A stretch of DNA of 64,000 nucleotides from Eledone cirrhosa (lineage: Eukaryota): NCBI GenBank assembly GCA_964016885.1, contig OZ024740.1, positions 231,198,001 through 231,262,000 of the forward strand. The letters are read 5' to 3'. The translations under genes were made by a program, and so were the position numbers. Below are positions 27,320 through 42,189 of the stretch, piece by piece (position 1 is the stretch's first letter; every line of letters begins with the position of its first letter). The notes beneath the pieces are model-generated. The model was not told the origin of the DNA. It did no database searches and worked only from the letters and a program-made list of their open reading frames with translations.

Positions 27320-27826
27320 TTTAACCCTAGGTCATCTCTTGGAGTTTAATCCCATGTCAACTCTTGTTGTGTAGCCCTAGGTCAACTTTTATTCTTTAAC
27401 TCCAGGTCAACTCTTGTTGCTTAGCCCTAGGTCAACTCTTGTTGATGTTTAACTCCAGGTCAACTCTTGTTGTTTAGCCATAGGTTAACTCTTGCTGATG
27501 TTTAACCCTAGGTCAACGGTTGTTTAACTCCAGCTCAACTCTTGCTGATGTTTAACCCCAGGTCAACTCTTGTTGTTTATCCATAGGTTAACTCTTGCTG
27601 ATGTTTAACCCCAGGTCAACGGTTGTTGTTTAACCTCAGGTCAACTGTTGTTATTTAATCCCAGCTCAAATGCTGTCGTGTTTAGCCCCAGCTCAACTGT
27701 TGTTGTTTAACTCCAGGTGAACTCTTTTGTTGTTTAGTCCCAGGTCAACTTTTTTGTTGTTTAATCTCAGATGAACTGTTGTTGTCTAACACCAGCTCAA
27801 CTTTTCTTGTTGTTTAACCCCAGGTC
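27320..27826. repeat. Minisatellite, ~22-27-bp unit aaccccaggtcaactcttgttgttt
   Basis: About 20 degenerate copies. Confidence 0.9.
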
Positions 27827-29107
27827 ATTTATTCTGTCTTTCATCTATCTATGATCAGTAATTAATAGCAGTGATATTTTGGGGTAGATATATTCAGTTA
27901 TAAAACTCCTTTACAAAATTTATCCCCATTCACAAGTAAAAATAACCAAAACAGTAAAAATAACAAAAAAGAAAAAATATATGTATATAGAATCAGAAAG
28001 AAATTCCCTGTATTACATTTTCATAAAATCGTGTTTTATAGAGATGAAAACGTGTTCATAATATGGATGATGTAGTGAATTTATCAATGTATTCTTGTAG
28101 CTTGAAAGTCATCATCTTGCAACAATCATGGATCTTCCAGATTTTGGATTGGTAAGCCATATGCACAGCCCTCTGCCTCCCCATGTATCCCATAGTTGTT
28201 CACTTTGCATTCTTCAACCATTTTACTTTTCCTCCAATTATGTTCAAGCTATTCTGTATTTTCTTTTGTAAAATAGCGCAAATATAATAAGGATGATGCA
28301 CTCATGTGGGTTTATAAGTGTTTGTGTGTGTATGTCGTTTGTATATGTTGTGTGTATATGTATGTGGTGTGTATATGTAGTGTGTACATGCTGTGTGTGT
28401 GAGTGCTTGCAAATGTAGTGTTTGTATGTAGTGTGTGTGTATGTAGTGTGTACATTTAGTGTGTATGAGTTCTTGCTTATGTAGTGTGTGTGTGTGTGTG
28501 TATGTAGTGTGAGTGTTTGTGTATGTAGTGTGTGAGTGTGTGTGTTGGTGCATGTCTGTTACATAACATAGACATGCACCAACACACACACTCTTGTTTA
28601 TGTGGTATCAGTGTTTGTGTGTTGTGAGTGTATATGTAGTGTGTGTGAGTGCTTGTGTATGTATTGTGTGTTGGTGCATGTGTAGTGTGTGTACATGTTG
28701 TGTAAGTGTGAATTATATCTATTAGACCTAACTGCTTTATTGTTCCTTTGTAATTTTGTAATATTAAACCTAATCTTGTTTCCAAATTTCCTTTCTTCTA
28801 CATTATATTCTACATTGTCCCCATTAACATTTTGCTTTTAGTGATTACCTTGATATTTGCCAAATACACTCTTTGCTAGATAATTAATCAACCAAAGTAT
28901 CTTGTGCATGCCTTTTTTCTTAGATAAGCTTTTCTGAGAATAAGCTTTTCTGTTGTATATTTTTAGTTTTAAAGATTTTCATTGTTGTAAAATTGTATCA
29001 AATTGTTTTGAACCTCAAATCCTGAACCCTGAACCCTGCCATGTGTGCAATCCTCAGCCTGACCTTGGGTGTCTGAATGAAAATTACTGAGATAATATAA
29101 TGTTAAC

Positions 29108-29600
29108 TGGCAATTAGTCTGGTATGCCACATGTTGTGACACTTTCTCTGGTGCCAATATCATCACTTTGGTCACAAACTTGGTAATTAGTCTGGGGTGC
29201 CACATGTGACACTTTCTCTGGTGCTAATATCATCACTTTGGTCACAAATTTGGTAATTAGTCTGGTATGCCACATGTGACACTTTCTCTGGTGCTAATAT
29301 CATCACTTTGGTTACAAATTTGGTAATTAGTCTGGTATGCCACATGTGACACTTTCTCTGGTGCTAATATCATCACTTTGGTCACAAACTTGGTAATTAG
29401 TCTGGTATGCCACATGTGACACTTTCTCTGGTGCTAATATCATCACTTTGGTCACAAACTTGGTAATTAGTCTGGAATGCCACATGTGACACTTTCTTTG
29501 GTGCTAATATCATCACTTTGGTACAAATTTAGTAATTGGTCTGGTATGCCACATGTTGTGACACTTTCTCTGGTGCTAATATCATCACTTTGGTCACAAA
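29108..29600. repeat. 70-bp minisatellite (about 7 copies)
   Basis: tggtaattag recurs at 29181, 29251, 29321, 29391 and 29461. Confidence 0.95.
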
Positions 29601-29830
29601 CCTGCAGAAGAGCAAAAGAGACTAAGTACCAGGAATTTCCTAGCTGTTTCCTTTATCTGCTGACCATCATCAAGACCCATGATGTCCTTGGTCCCTGGAC
29701 TGCCATTTTCCTCCATCAAACCAGAAGGGCATTATGGCTGAGAATGGAACCTCCATGAGGTGGACTGTCTCATGCAGCAGGTATCACTGGCTGTTCTCTA
29801 TGGCAATGCATTCTCCATCATGTCCATGCA
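29108..29830 (+). mobile_element. Degenerate 3' fragment of a CRE-like non-LTR element (restriction-like endonuclease region)
   Basis: The unit reads LVW(Y)ATCCDTF; downstream AKETKY..VLGPWTAIFL..(frameshift)..QQVSLAVLYGNAFSI resembles the CRE RLE C-terminus as I recall it. Confidence 0.65.
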
Positions 29831-30221
29831 ACATAACTGAGATATACCATCCAGCCAAAAGTGTAAAATTTGATCCGTTCCCATTTCTGCCTCCCTGCTT
29901 TTTTCTTTTTTTTCCCTTTTCTTTTTTTCCCTTTTCTTTTTCTTTTTCTCTTTCTTTTTGTCATTATAATATAATTTGTGACTACTGTCACTCTTATATT
30001 ATTTACACAGTTTTTAACTGAAAATATATTCATTAATTAAACTTGAAAAAAAAAATAATGATAATAAATGTATGAACCTAACAAAAATTATGGTAGTACC
30101 TTCCCAAAGAATTCAAGTTAAAGCAGTGATGTAAAACATTCACTGATTCATGCAGAAAGCAGTATAAATAACAATAGTAAACAGAAGTGTGTGGTAGAAT
30201 AGAAGACTGGGATGGCGGGAT

Positions 30222-30527
30222 ATAGTCAACCCTGTTAGATAGTCATTTTGGTGCCAGGATAAAAAGCACCCAGTCAACCCTGTTAGATAGTCATTTTGGT
30301 GCCAGGATAAAAAGCACCCAGTCCACACTGTAATGTGGTTGGTGTTAAGAAGGGCATCCAGCCATAGAAACCAACCCCAAATTAGTTCTGTATGACCAAG
30401 TCATGGAAACCAAGCCAAAATACAAATTTGTATGAGTAAGATGTGGTCTCCGGACCTAACATGTCTCACAATGTGACAACCCATCTAACCCATGCAAGCA
30501 TGGGAAAATAATGTTAAACAATGATGT
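30222..30527 (+). mobile_element. Old RTE-type 3'UTR/tail with a 47-bp duplication at its 5' end
   Basis: agtcaaccctgttagatagtcattttggtgccaggataaaaagcaccc twice, then aagggcatccagcc..aacccatgcaagcatgg. Confidence 0.7.
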
Positions 30528-30759
30528 CAGAACTGGAATCCAGAGTCAGTAGATTTAAAATTATTACAACACACTGGCAGTGTAACTGTTGGTGATAGCA
30601 AGGCTAAGGTGCTGGAACAACCTCAAAGGCATCACCTGATACCTTGGTAAGACGAGCCACCAAATATGACAAATTGCCAATTCTACTTCCGTTAGTTTTT
30701 ATTCTTTTATACATAAACAATTATTAAAAACGTTAAAGTTTGTCCCAAGCCTGAAGGTT

Positions 30760-31080
30760 CATCAGGTCAGAAATTATTCTGGTTTTATTGGTATTAAGTT
30801 ACTGAAAATACATGACAGGATGCCAGTCCACCACAGAGTTAACCTACAACAGGATGCCAGTCCACCACAGATTTAACCTATGAACAAATGCTAGTCTACC
30901 ACAGAGTTAACCCATGACAGGATGCCAGTCCATCACAAAGTTAACCTATTTTTATCTGGGTTAACTGGAACAATTTGAAATGAAGTGTTTTTCTCAAGAA
31001 CACACATTACCCAGTCAGAGAATCAAACCAATGACATGATTGTAAGCCCAACACCCTAACTCTAGTCTGTGTACCTTCAA
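30760..31080 (-). mobile_element. Degenerate S2 SINE with an internal ~35-38-bp expansion
   Basis: acaggatgccagtccaccacagagttaacc about 4 times; tgaaatgaagtgtttttctcaagaacac. Confidence 0.65.
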
Positions 31081-31644
31081 ATTATCAAATATATTGATAT
31101 TTATTCCAGCAGTATCATTAGTTTTTTGTTTTGGTTTACAGTTATTAAATTTATTTATTTTTGATTTTTTAAAAAACTTTCTTTTATTTCTTCAGTGATC
31201 ATTTCATGTTTGGTTTAAACAATAATTGGAAATTCAAAAATAACATTATATTTTATTTAGCATTAAATGATGATTAATACCTGATTATAGGAACTAATGT
31301 TTTTCTTTCTACAGCTCAAGTGTATATAGGTGTGTGTGTTTTTGTGTGTGTATGTATGTGTGTTTGTATATGTACGTGTGTTTGTGTGTGCAATGGATAC
31401 AATAGCAAGAGCTTTAAGGCCATTTTCCTTGCTAAAGCAGGGGTTAGCTTTATGAAACCCCAAGACAGGTTTTATACTCATTGTAAAGTCCTTTATGAGG
31501 TAACATTTTACTCACATATGCCCTTCCTGCTGTCAACCCTTTTTGTTGACTCATACGACATGCTGGGATACGATGTACCTATTCTAAAACACATTCAATC
31601 TATGCCAGCATGGAACATGGATGTAAAACGGTAAAAATAATAGT

Positions 31645-31850
31645 TTATGATTTAGGCACAAGGCCAATAATTTTGGGGAAGTGTAAAGTCGATTAAATTG
31701 ACATCAGTGTGTTACTGGTACTTTATTTTATTGACCCCTTAATGATGGAAGGCAAAGTTAACATTGAGGGATTTGAACTCAGAACATAAAGGGCCATAAC
31801 TCTATGCCACAAAGCATGTTGTTTGACGCTCTACCAATTCTACTCCAAAT
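31645..31850 (-). mobile_element. S1 SINE
   Basis: ggtactttattttattgacccc..gggatttgaactcag. Confidence 0.8.
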
Positions 31851-32493
31851 CCAATCCCAAGATACACATAGTATTGCATGTGATCATTATAATTTTAAAG
31901 TTCATTATTTCAAGCTGGCGTAGGCTGGATAAGACTACAGTATGAAAGCAACATTTCTTCTAATGAGGAGCCCAAATCGCCACCACATCACACTCCATTT
32001 GCATCCTTTGTCTGTGTTTTTTGTAAAAGTGATCGTAATCCCAAAATATTGAACAATATTTGTCAATTCTTCTCAATACTTCTCAATACAGATGGTCCAT
32101 TTATTTTTAGTTCATCTACAAATATATTATATCAATATTATATCAATATAATATAAAAGCCACACTTTAGTGTAATGGTAGAACAGCTGCATAGTTTATG
32201 GTTTGTGTGAGTTTGAGTCCCATGAATGATGCTGTCCACTTCTGTCTCTAGGGGCCGTTAACTCTGTTAACTTAATATTTAAAATATCAATATTTTTTTT
32301 ATTAGAAATCATAAAATTGTAATCTTATTTCAAAATTTTATAAATATATTCCTAACTATGTCTATATAGATCTTTCTTTGTTTTTTTTTTCATAAAACAA
32401 TACACCACATTTTGCATATTTTTAGCCAATAAGCAAAAGTGTTGAATACATCTGTATTAGCATGAAATACAACTATGAAATATCAAGAAAATA

Positions 32494-34883
<2,390 letters not shown>

Positions 34884-35004
34884 TATATATATACACACAT
34901 ATATATATATATATATATACACACACATATATATATATACACATATATATATATACACACATATATATATATATACACACATATATATATATATATATAC
35001 ACAC

Positions 35005-35037
<33 letters not shown>

Positions 35038-35086
35038 TATATATATATATATATACACACACACATATATATATATACACACACAC

Positions 35087-35117
<31 letters not shown>

Positions 35118-35152
35118 AATATACACATATATATATATATATATATAAATAT

Positions 35153-35221
<69 letters not shown>

Positions 35222-35254
35222 TACACATATATATATATATATATATATAAATAT

Positions 35255-35295
<41 letters not shown>

Positions 35296-35302
35296 CACAC
35301 AC

Positions 35303-35379
<77 letters not shown>

Positions 35380-35386
35380 CACACAC

Positions 35387-35419
<33 letters not shown>

Positions 35420-35438
35420 CATATATACATATATATAT

Positions 35439-35471
<33 letters not shown>

Positions 35472-35514
35472 TATAAACATATATATATATACATATACAC
35501 ACATATATATATAT

Positions 35515-35547
<33 letters not shown>

Positions 35548-35604
35548 TATACACACATATATATATATATACATATACACATATATATATATATACATAT
35601 ACAC

Positions 35605-35672
<68 letters not shown>

Positions 35673-35941
35673 ATATATATATATACACACACATATATAT
35701 ATATATATACACATATATATTTATACACACATATATATACACACATGTATATATATACATATATACATATATATACATATATACATATATATATACATAT
35801 ATACATATATACATATATATACATATATACATATATATATACATATATACATATACACACATATATATATATATATACATATACACACATATATATATAT
35901 ATATACATATACACACACATATATATATATATACATATATA
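34884..35941. repeat. Degenerate (TA)n/ACAC array
   Basis: AC-type interruptions. Confidence 0.95.
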
Positions 35942-36926
35942 CAGGTTGGGGCCAACCTCTCTGTCGTTAATTACCTCGACGTTACCCTCAATTTATCGAA
36001 TGGCTTTCATTACCCGTATAGAAAGCCGAATGATACGCTTAATTACATAAGTAAGCTTTCTAACCATCCTGCCAGCATAACCAAAAACCTGGTAAGAAAC
36101 GTTTCTTTGAGGCTTTACCGTCTATCTACTAACGAGCATATTTTCAACGACCATTCCACATATTACAATGAAGCTCTTGCTCGGAGAGGATTTGTCGATA
36201 AGGTAGCATATACAGAGTACGAGAATAGACCTAGAAGAAATAGATCCCGACGCATTATATGGTATAACCCACCATATAATATGGAGGTGGCCACACCATT
36301 AGCTAAGATCTTTCTATCCCTTATTACGAAGCATTTTCCCCCTACACATAAATATAGTAACATTTTTAATAGAAATACTATTAAAATTTCTTACTCTACG
36401 ACTCCTAACCTTGCACATAACATCACAGCTTCAAATTTCAATACCTAGCCGTAGGAACACGTGCAACCCTGTAGTTAGTCCTAACTGTAATTGTAGGAAT
36501 CAGGTTGACAGCCCCCTATCCGGGAAATGCCTCTCTAGTAACATTGTCTACAAATGTAAGGTTGAAACACCCACGTCCCGTAGGGCCTACATAGGGTTAA
36601 CCGCCAATAGATTCAAGCAGCGTCTTTACATGCATAACCATTCTTTTCGTTATCCTTTAAGAAGGAATATGACGTCACTTTCAGCTTATATCTGGAGTCT
36701 AAAAGACAACCATACCCAATATAAGTTACACTGGGAGATCCTTGCTAGGGCTAGATCGTATAACGGAAATAAAAGACCATGTGACCTCTGCACCGCTGAG
36801 GCCCTGGAAATACTCTACGCTAAAGACCACATCTTAAACAAAAAATCTGAGGCAATTTCGGCTTGTAAACATAAATTGCACAAAACTTTCCTGTATTACA
36901 GCCCCACATTATACCCTAACGGATAG
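35942..36926 (+). pseudogene. PLE RT thumb plus GIY-YIG endonuclease (one frameshift near 36440)
   Basis: [19 protein letters not shown]; WYNPPY; CNC..GKCL..IVY..YIGLT..FKQR..H..SF..CDLC..E..LNKKSE..CKH. Confidence 0.88.
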
Positions 36927-37972
36927 TACGAACTATACGCGGATATTTTATGTCTTGATGTGGTAGCTAAGTATATGTTATGTTTATACCATTACTTATT
37001 TGTATAGGTAAGTATATATTACCTGTATGTTTTATGAAGGTACGTATACTTCCTCGTCCGTATATTTGATTGTATGTGTTATGGCGTATATATTATATAT
37101 TCTGGTACATATGCTTTTGGTTATGTGTATACGTGAGTTTTGCGTCTGGGTGAGTATGCGGGTTCGTACGTATGTAGGGTGTGTGTAGATGTGTACTTCG
37201 TGTTTTGGTTGACATCGTCTCCGAACATATGTGTATTTACATGTAGGTATGTGTGTGTGCTTGTTATATACGTATTTATTTATTTATATACGTTTATTTA
37301 ATTATATGTATACACGCACACACACACATATATATATATTATTATATATATTTTTATATATATTTTTGTGTGTGTTTGGTGTATACATTCGTATGCGTGC
37401 GAGTACAGGCGTTGAGTGGGTTCTGTATGTGCGTGTGGTTTTTTTTTTTTTTTTTTTTTTTTGTACGTGTGTGTATTTGTATACCTATGGCGAGTGTTTT
37501 CGCGTATGCTTGTGTATGCACGTATATGGATGCGTGTATGTATTTATTTCAATTACCTCTGTATTTTATTTACTTTATTCTTAACTCTGGAGCCGAGAAC
37601 CATTCGGTTTCCTAGTTAGAATTTTAGTCTACAACTTCAGTTATACCATTTACGTGGTTTTGTCTTTGCGTGCAATTGTTCTCCTCGCTCCACATATGAT
37701 GTATTATCTTCGTTTTTTCCGTTCATTGCCCGAGAACGTCTCTATGAACCACCTAATAGAATATTTGTCTACGACTTCTTTTATACCATAAACGTGGTTT
37801 TGTCTTTGCGCGTAATTGTTTTTCACCGCTCCAAATAATGACGTATTATATTCGTTTTTTCCCGTTCTTTGCCAGGGAACGTTTCCACGAACCAAAGTAT
37901 CGTCTTCCTGTCTTCCTCCGGTTGCAACGTTTTTTGAAATATTCACTTCTGCGTTCACAGATTGACTTTGTT

Positions 37973-38023
37973 AGTTTCAGAAGATCCCGTTAAGGGTGAA
38001 AGCAGCGATTCTTTGCTTAAACT
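37973..38023 (+). ncRNA. Type-I hammerhead variant (core CAGAAGA)
   Basis: Identical to 6792-6842. Confidence 0.65.
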
Positions 38024-38035
38024 TTAATCTGTTTT

Positions 38036-39588
38036 TTTATTGCCCTGCACTTTTTTATACAGCTGTCGTCTTTCATGCGCATCACGTGACCATACCAACG
38101 TAGTCTTCTCTCGAGTAAACAACATCTGATCCCTCTTATTTCTAATTTTTCCCTTAGTTCGTTTATACTTTGCCGTTCACGTATATTACTATTACACATC
38201 CAGCGGAGCATGCAAGCTTCGTTCCTCTCCTGTCTGCGTATATCCTCTGCACACAATGCCCAGGTCTCACTGCCATGCAACATTGCTGTTCGTATGCAGG
38301 CATCATACAGCCTGCCTTTCATTTTTAGGGAGAACCCTTTAGCGGCTAATAGTGGTATAAGCTCTCTGAACATTTTCCATCCAGTTCTGACTCTAGCTAC
38401 TGTACTTTCAGAGCACCCCCCCCCCCCACTGCTGATTTTATCGCCCAGGTAACGGAAGCTGTCCACTATTTCTATAGAACCATCTGTGCAATGGAATGAG
38501 CTAGTATTCTGTGTGCACTTGCTGCTACTTATTGCACCAGAGCACCGGCCACATATAAAATCTATGTTCTTAGTTAGCTTACCTGTGATCCCACTACATC
38601 TTTTATGCACCCATACTTTGCATTTGGGACATAAAATGGAGTTTCTACCTACTCCTTTCCTACACACTGAGCATGGCCATTTCCCGGATGGGACCGGCAC
38701 CCTATTTTCCTTCCTACAAACTAGAACTTTAGTCTTAGACAGGTTAATTTTAAGGCCTTTTGATTCTAAGCCATGCTTCCATGTTTGGAATTTCTTCTCT
38801 AGTTCGGCCATTGATTCAGCTATGAGCGTTAGATCATCTGCGTATAGGAGTACCCATGGGCAGCCGGTCTTGAACTCCACTGTTATAGCCTGAAGGGCAA
38901 TAATAAATAGTAGGGGGCTAAAAACGGAGCCCTGATGAACACCAACTTTTACGCTAAACTCTTCACTATATTCGTTGTTAATTCTAACCATGTTGACTGT
39001 TTCTTTATACATGGCTTGTATAACTCTCACAAGCCATTCATCAACACCTAGTTTTCTAAGAGCCCACCAGATAATGGAACGGGGGACTCAAAAGCTAAGT
39101 ATAGGGGTTTACTTTTAGCTAGGTACTTCTCCTGTAGTTGTCGTACAATGAAAAGAGCGTCTGTGGTACTTTTACCTGACACAAACCCGAACTGCATTTC
39201 ATCTAGATCAATTCTCTCTCTGATTAGTTGCGCTATTACTTTTTCTGTGACCTTCATGACCTGGTCGATTAATTTAATGCCTCTATAGTTACTCCTATCT
39301 AGGGCATCTCCTTTACACTTGTAGCAGTTAATGATGATGTTGCTACGCCAGTCCTTCGGAACAACCCCATTCTGTATGACTTGGTTTACTATCCGGGTGA
39401 CCATGGTGTGTCCCACCGTTCCAGAAGCTTTCAGCATTTCAGCAACTATTTCCGAAGGCCCAGCCGCCTTACCCGTCTTCATATCTTTGATTGCCTTACT
39501 TATTATACTATCTTCGACTAACACTGCTGGCCCTCTATTGGGTCGATGTGGGGGAGACTGTCTTTCTCCCATTTATTCTCCTCATTTA
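38036..39588 (-). mobile_element. RTE-B-like LINE internal fragment: RT with YADD and PHD-like insert; 3' end missing
   Basis: KAAGPS, YRGIKL, QFGF, GVHQGSVFSPLLF, LLYADD. Frameshift near 39050; ends at CRAIK against the PLE. Confidence 0.93.
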
Positions 39589-39632
39589 TGTATGTATATA
39601 TATATATATGTATATATGTATATATATATTTG

Positions 39633-39679
<47 letters not shown>

Positions 39680-39830
39680 GTATGTATATATGTATGTATA
39701 TATATGTGTATATATGTATGTATATATATGTATATATATGTATATTTATATATATGTATAATTATATATATGTATGTATATATATATGTATATATATATA
39801 TGTATATATATATATGTATATATATATATG

Positions 39831-39904
<74 letters not shown>

Positions 39905-39910
39905 TGTATG

Positions 39911-39941
<31 letters not shown>

Positions 39942-39986
39942 GTATGTATATATATATATATGTATGTATATATATATATATGTATG

Positions 39987-40017
<31 letters not shown>

Positions 40018-40074
40018 GTATGTATATATATATATATGTATATATATGTATGTATATATATATATATATGTATG

Positions 40075-40106
<32 letters not shown>

Positions 40107-40128
40107 TGTATATATATGTATATATATG

Positions 40129-40159
<31 letters not shown>

Positions 40160-40244
40160 GTATATATATACATATATATATGTATATATATATATGTATA
40201 TATATGTATATGTATATATATATGTATATATATGTATGTATATG

Positions 40245-40278
<34 letters not shown>

Positions 40279-40300
40279 TGTATATATATGTATGTATATG

Positions 40301-40334
<34 letters not shown>

Positions 40335-40388
40335 TGTATATATATGTATGTATATGTATGTATATATATATATATGTATATATGTATG

Positions 40389-40419
<31 letters not shown>

Positions 40420-41059
40420 GTATGTATATGTATGTATATATATATATATGTATATATATATGTATGTATATGTATATATATATATGTATGTATATGTATA
40501 TATATATATGTATATATATATGTATGTATATGTATATATATATATGTATATATATATGTATGTATATGTATATATATATATGTATATATATATGTATGTA
40601 TATGTATATATATATATGTATATGTATGTATATGTATATATATATATGTATATATATATGTATGTATATATATATATGTATATATATATGTATGTATATA
40701 TATATATGTATATATATATGTATGTATATGTATATATATATATGTATATATATATGTATGTATATGTATATATATATATGTATATATATATATATGTATG
40801 TATATGTATATATATATATGTATATATATATGTATGTATATGTATATATATATATGTATATATATATGTATATGTGTATATATATATATGTATATATATA
40901 TGTATATGTATATATATATATATGTATATATATATATGTATGTATATGTATATATATATATATGTATATATATATATGTATGTATATGTATATATATATA
41001 TGTATATATATATATGTATGTATATGTATATATATATATGTATATATATATGTATGTGT
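39589..41059. repeat. Degenerate (TA)n/TATG array
   Basis: GT-type interruptions. Confidence 0.95.
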
Positions 41060-41278
41060 GAAGGCGTGTGGCTGAGTGGTTAGAGAATTGGATTCGCAAT
41101 CGTAAGGTTGTGAGTTCGATTCCTGGACCAGGCGATGCGTTATGTCCTTGAGCAAGACACTTTATTTCACGTTGCTTCTTCTACCTGGAGTTGCGACCGA
41201 TAGATAGTATTAGCAATTGGAAAGACCAATGGAAACATTGTTTCCTCGGTCCGATTTGACGAAAGTCGATCGATTAGA

Positions 41279-41280
<2 letters not shown>
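41060..41280 (+). mobile_element. Young tRNA-derived SINE (S2 head) with a structured 3' domain
   Basis: A box TGGCTGAGTGG, B box GTTCGATTC, CORE-like tgtccttgagcaagacacttta; CpGs retained. Confidence 0.85.
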
Positions 41281-41345
<65 letters not shown>

Positions 41346-41349
41346 TATG

Positions 41350-41394
<45 letters not shown>

Positions 41395-41459
41395 GTATAT
41401 ATATGTATGTATGTATATATATATATGTATGTATATATATATATGTATGTATATATATG

Positions 41460-41497
<38 letters not shown>

Positions 41498-41506
41498 TAT
41501 GTATGT

Positions 41507-41547
<41 letters not shown>

Positions 41548-41555
41548 TATGTATG

Positions 41556-41586
<31 letters not shown>

Positions 41587-41619
41587 GTATATATATATAT
41601 GTATATATGTATATATATG

Positions 41620-41666
<47 letters not shown>

Positions 41667-42189
41667 GTATATATGTATATATGTATATATATGTATATAT
41701 ATATATGTATATATATATATGTATATATATATATGTATATATATATATGTATATATATATATGTATATATATATATATGTATATATATATATGTATGTAT
41801 ATATATGTATATATATATATGTATATATATATATGTATATATATATGTATGTATATATATATGTATGTATATATATATGTATGTATGTATATATATATGT
41901 ATGTATGTATATATATATGTATGTATGTATATATATATATATGTATGTATATATATATATATGTATATATATATGTATGTATGTATATATATATATATGT
42001 ATGTATATATATATATATGTATATATATATGTATATATGTATATATATATGTATATATATATGTATATATGTATATATATATGTATATATGTATATATAT
42101 ATGTATATATGTATATATATATGTATGTATGTATATATATATATATGTATATATATATATGTATGTATGTATATATATATATGTATATA
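41281..42189. repeat. Degenerate (TA)n/TATG array
   Basis: GT-type interruptions. Confidence 0.95.

Larger units (their letters stand above)
35942..38033 (+). mobile_element. 5'-truncated Penelope-like element, Naiad-like
   Basis: RT end and thumb plus GIY-YIG, a ~1.1-kb 3'UTR with a ~140-bp tandem duplication (37642 and 37781), and a terminal hammerhead variant. Confidence 0.88.

Noticed and set aside
29108-29600. CRISPR-like array (also 12375-12890 and 27320-27826)
   Set aside because: Tandem units lack unique spacers, no cas genes are present and the context is eukaryotic.
36927-37972. SECIS element or selenoprotein Naiad
   Set aside because: No in-frame UGA at Cys positions in the retained ORF, and the ATGA motifs in the UTR repeat lack the apical AA and opposing GA.
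41060-41133. tRNA gene
   Set aside because: A and B boxes are present, but there is no clean acceptor stem and it continues into a SINE body with several related copies.
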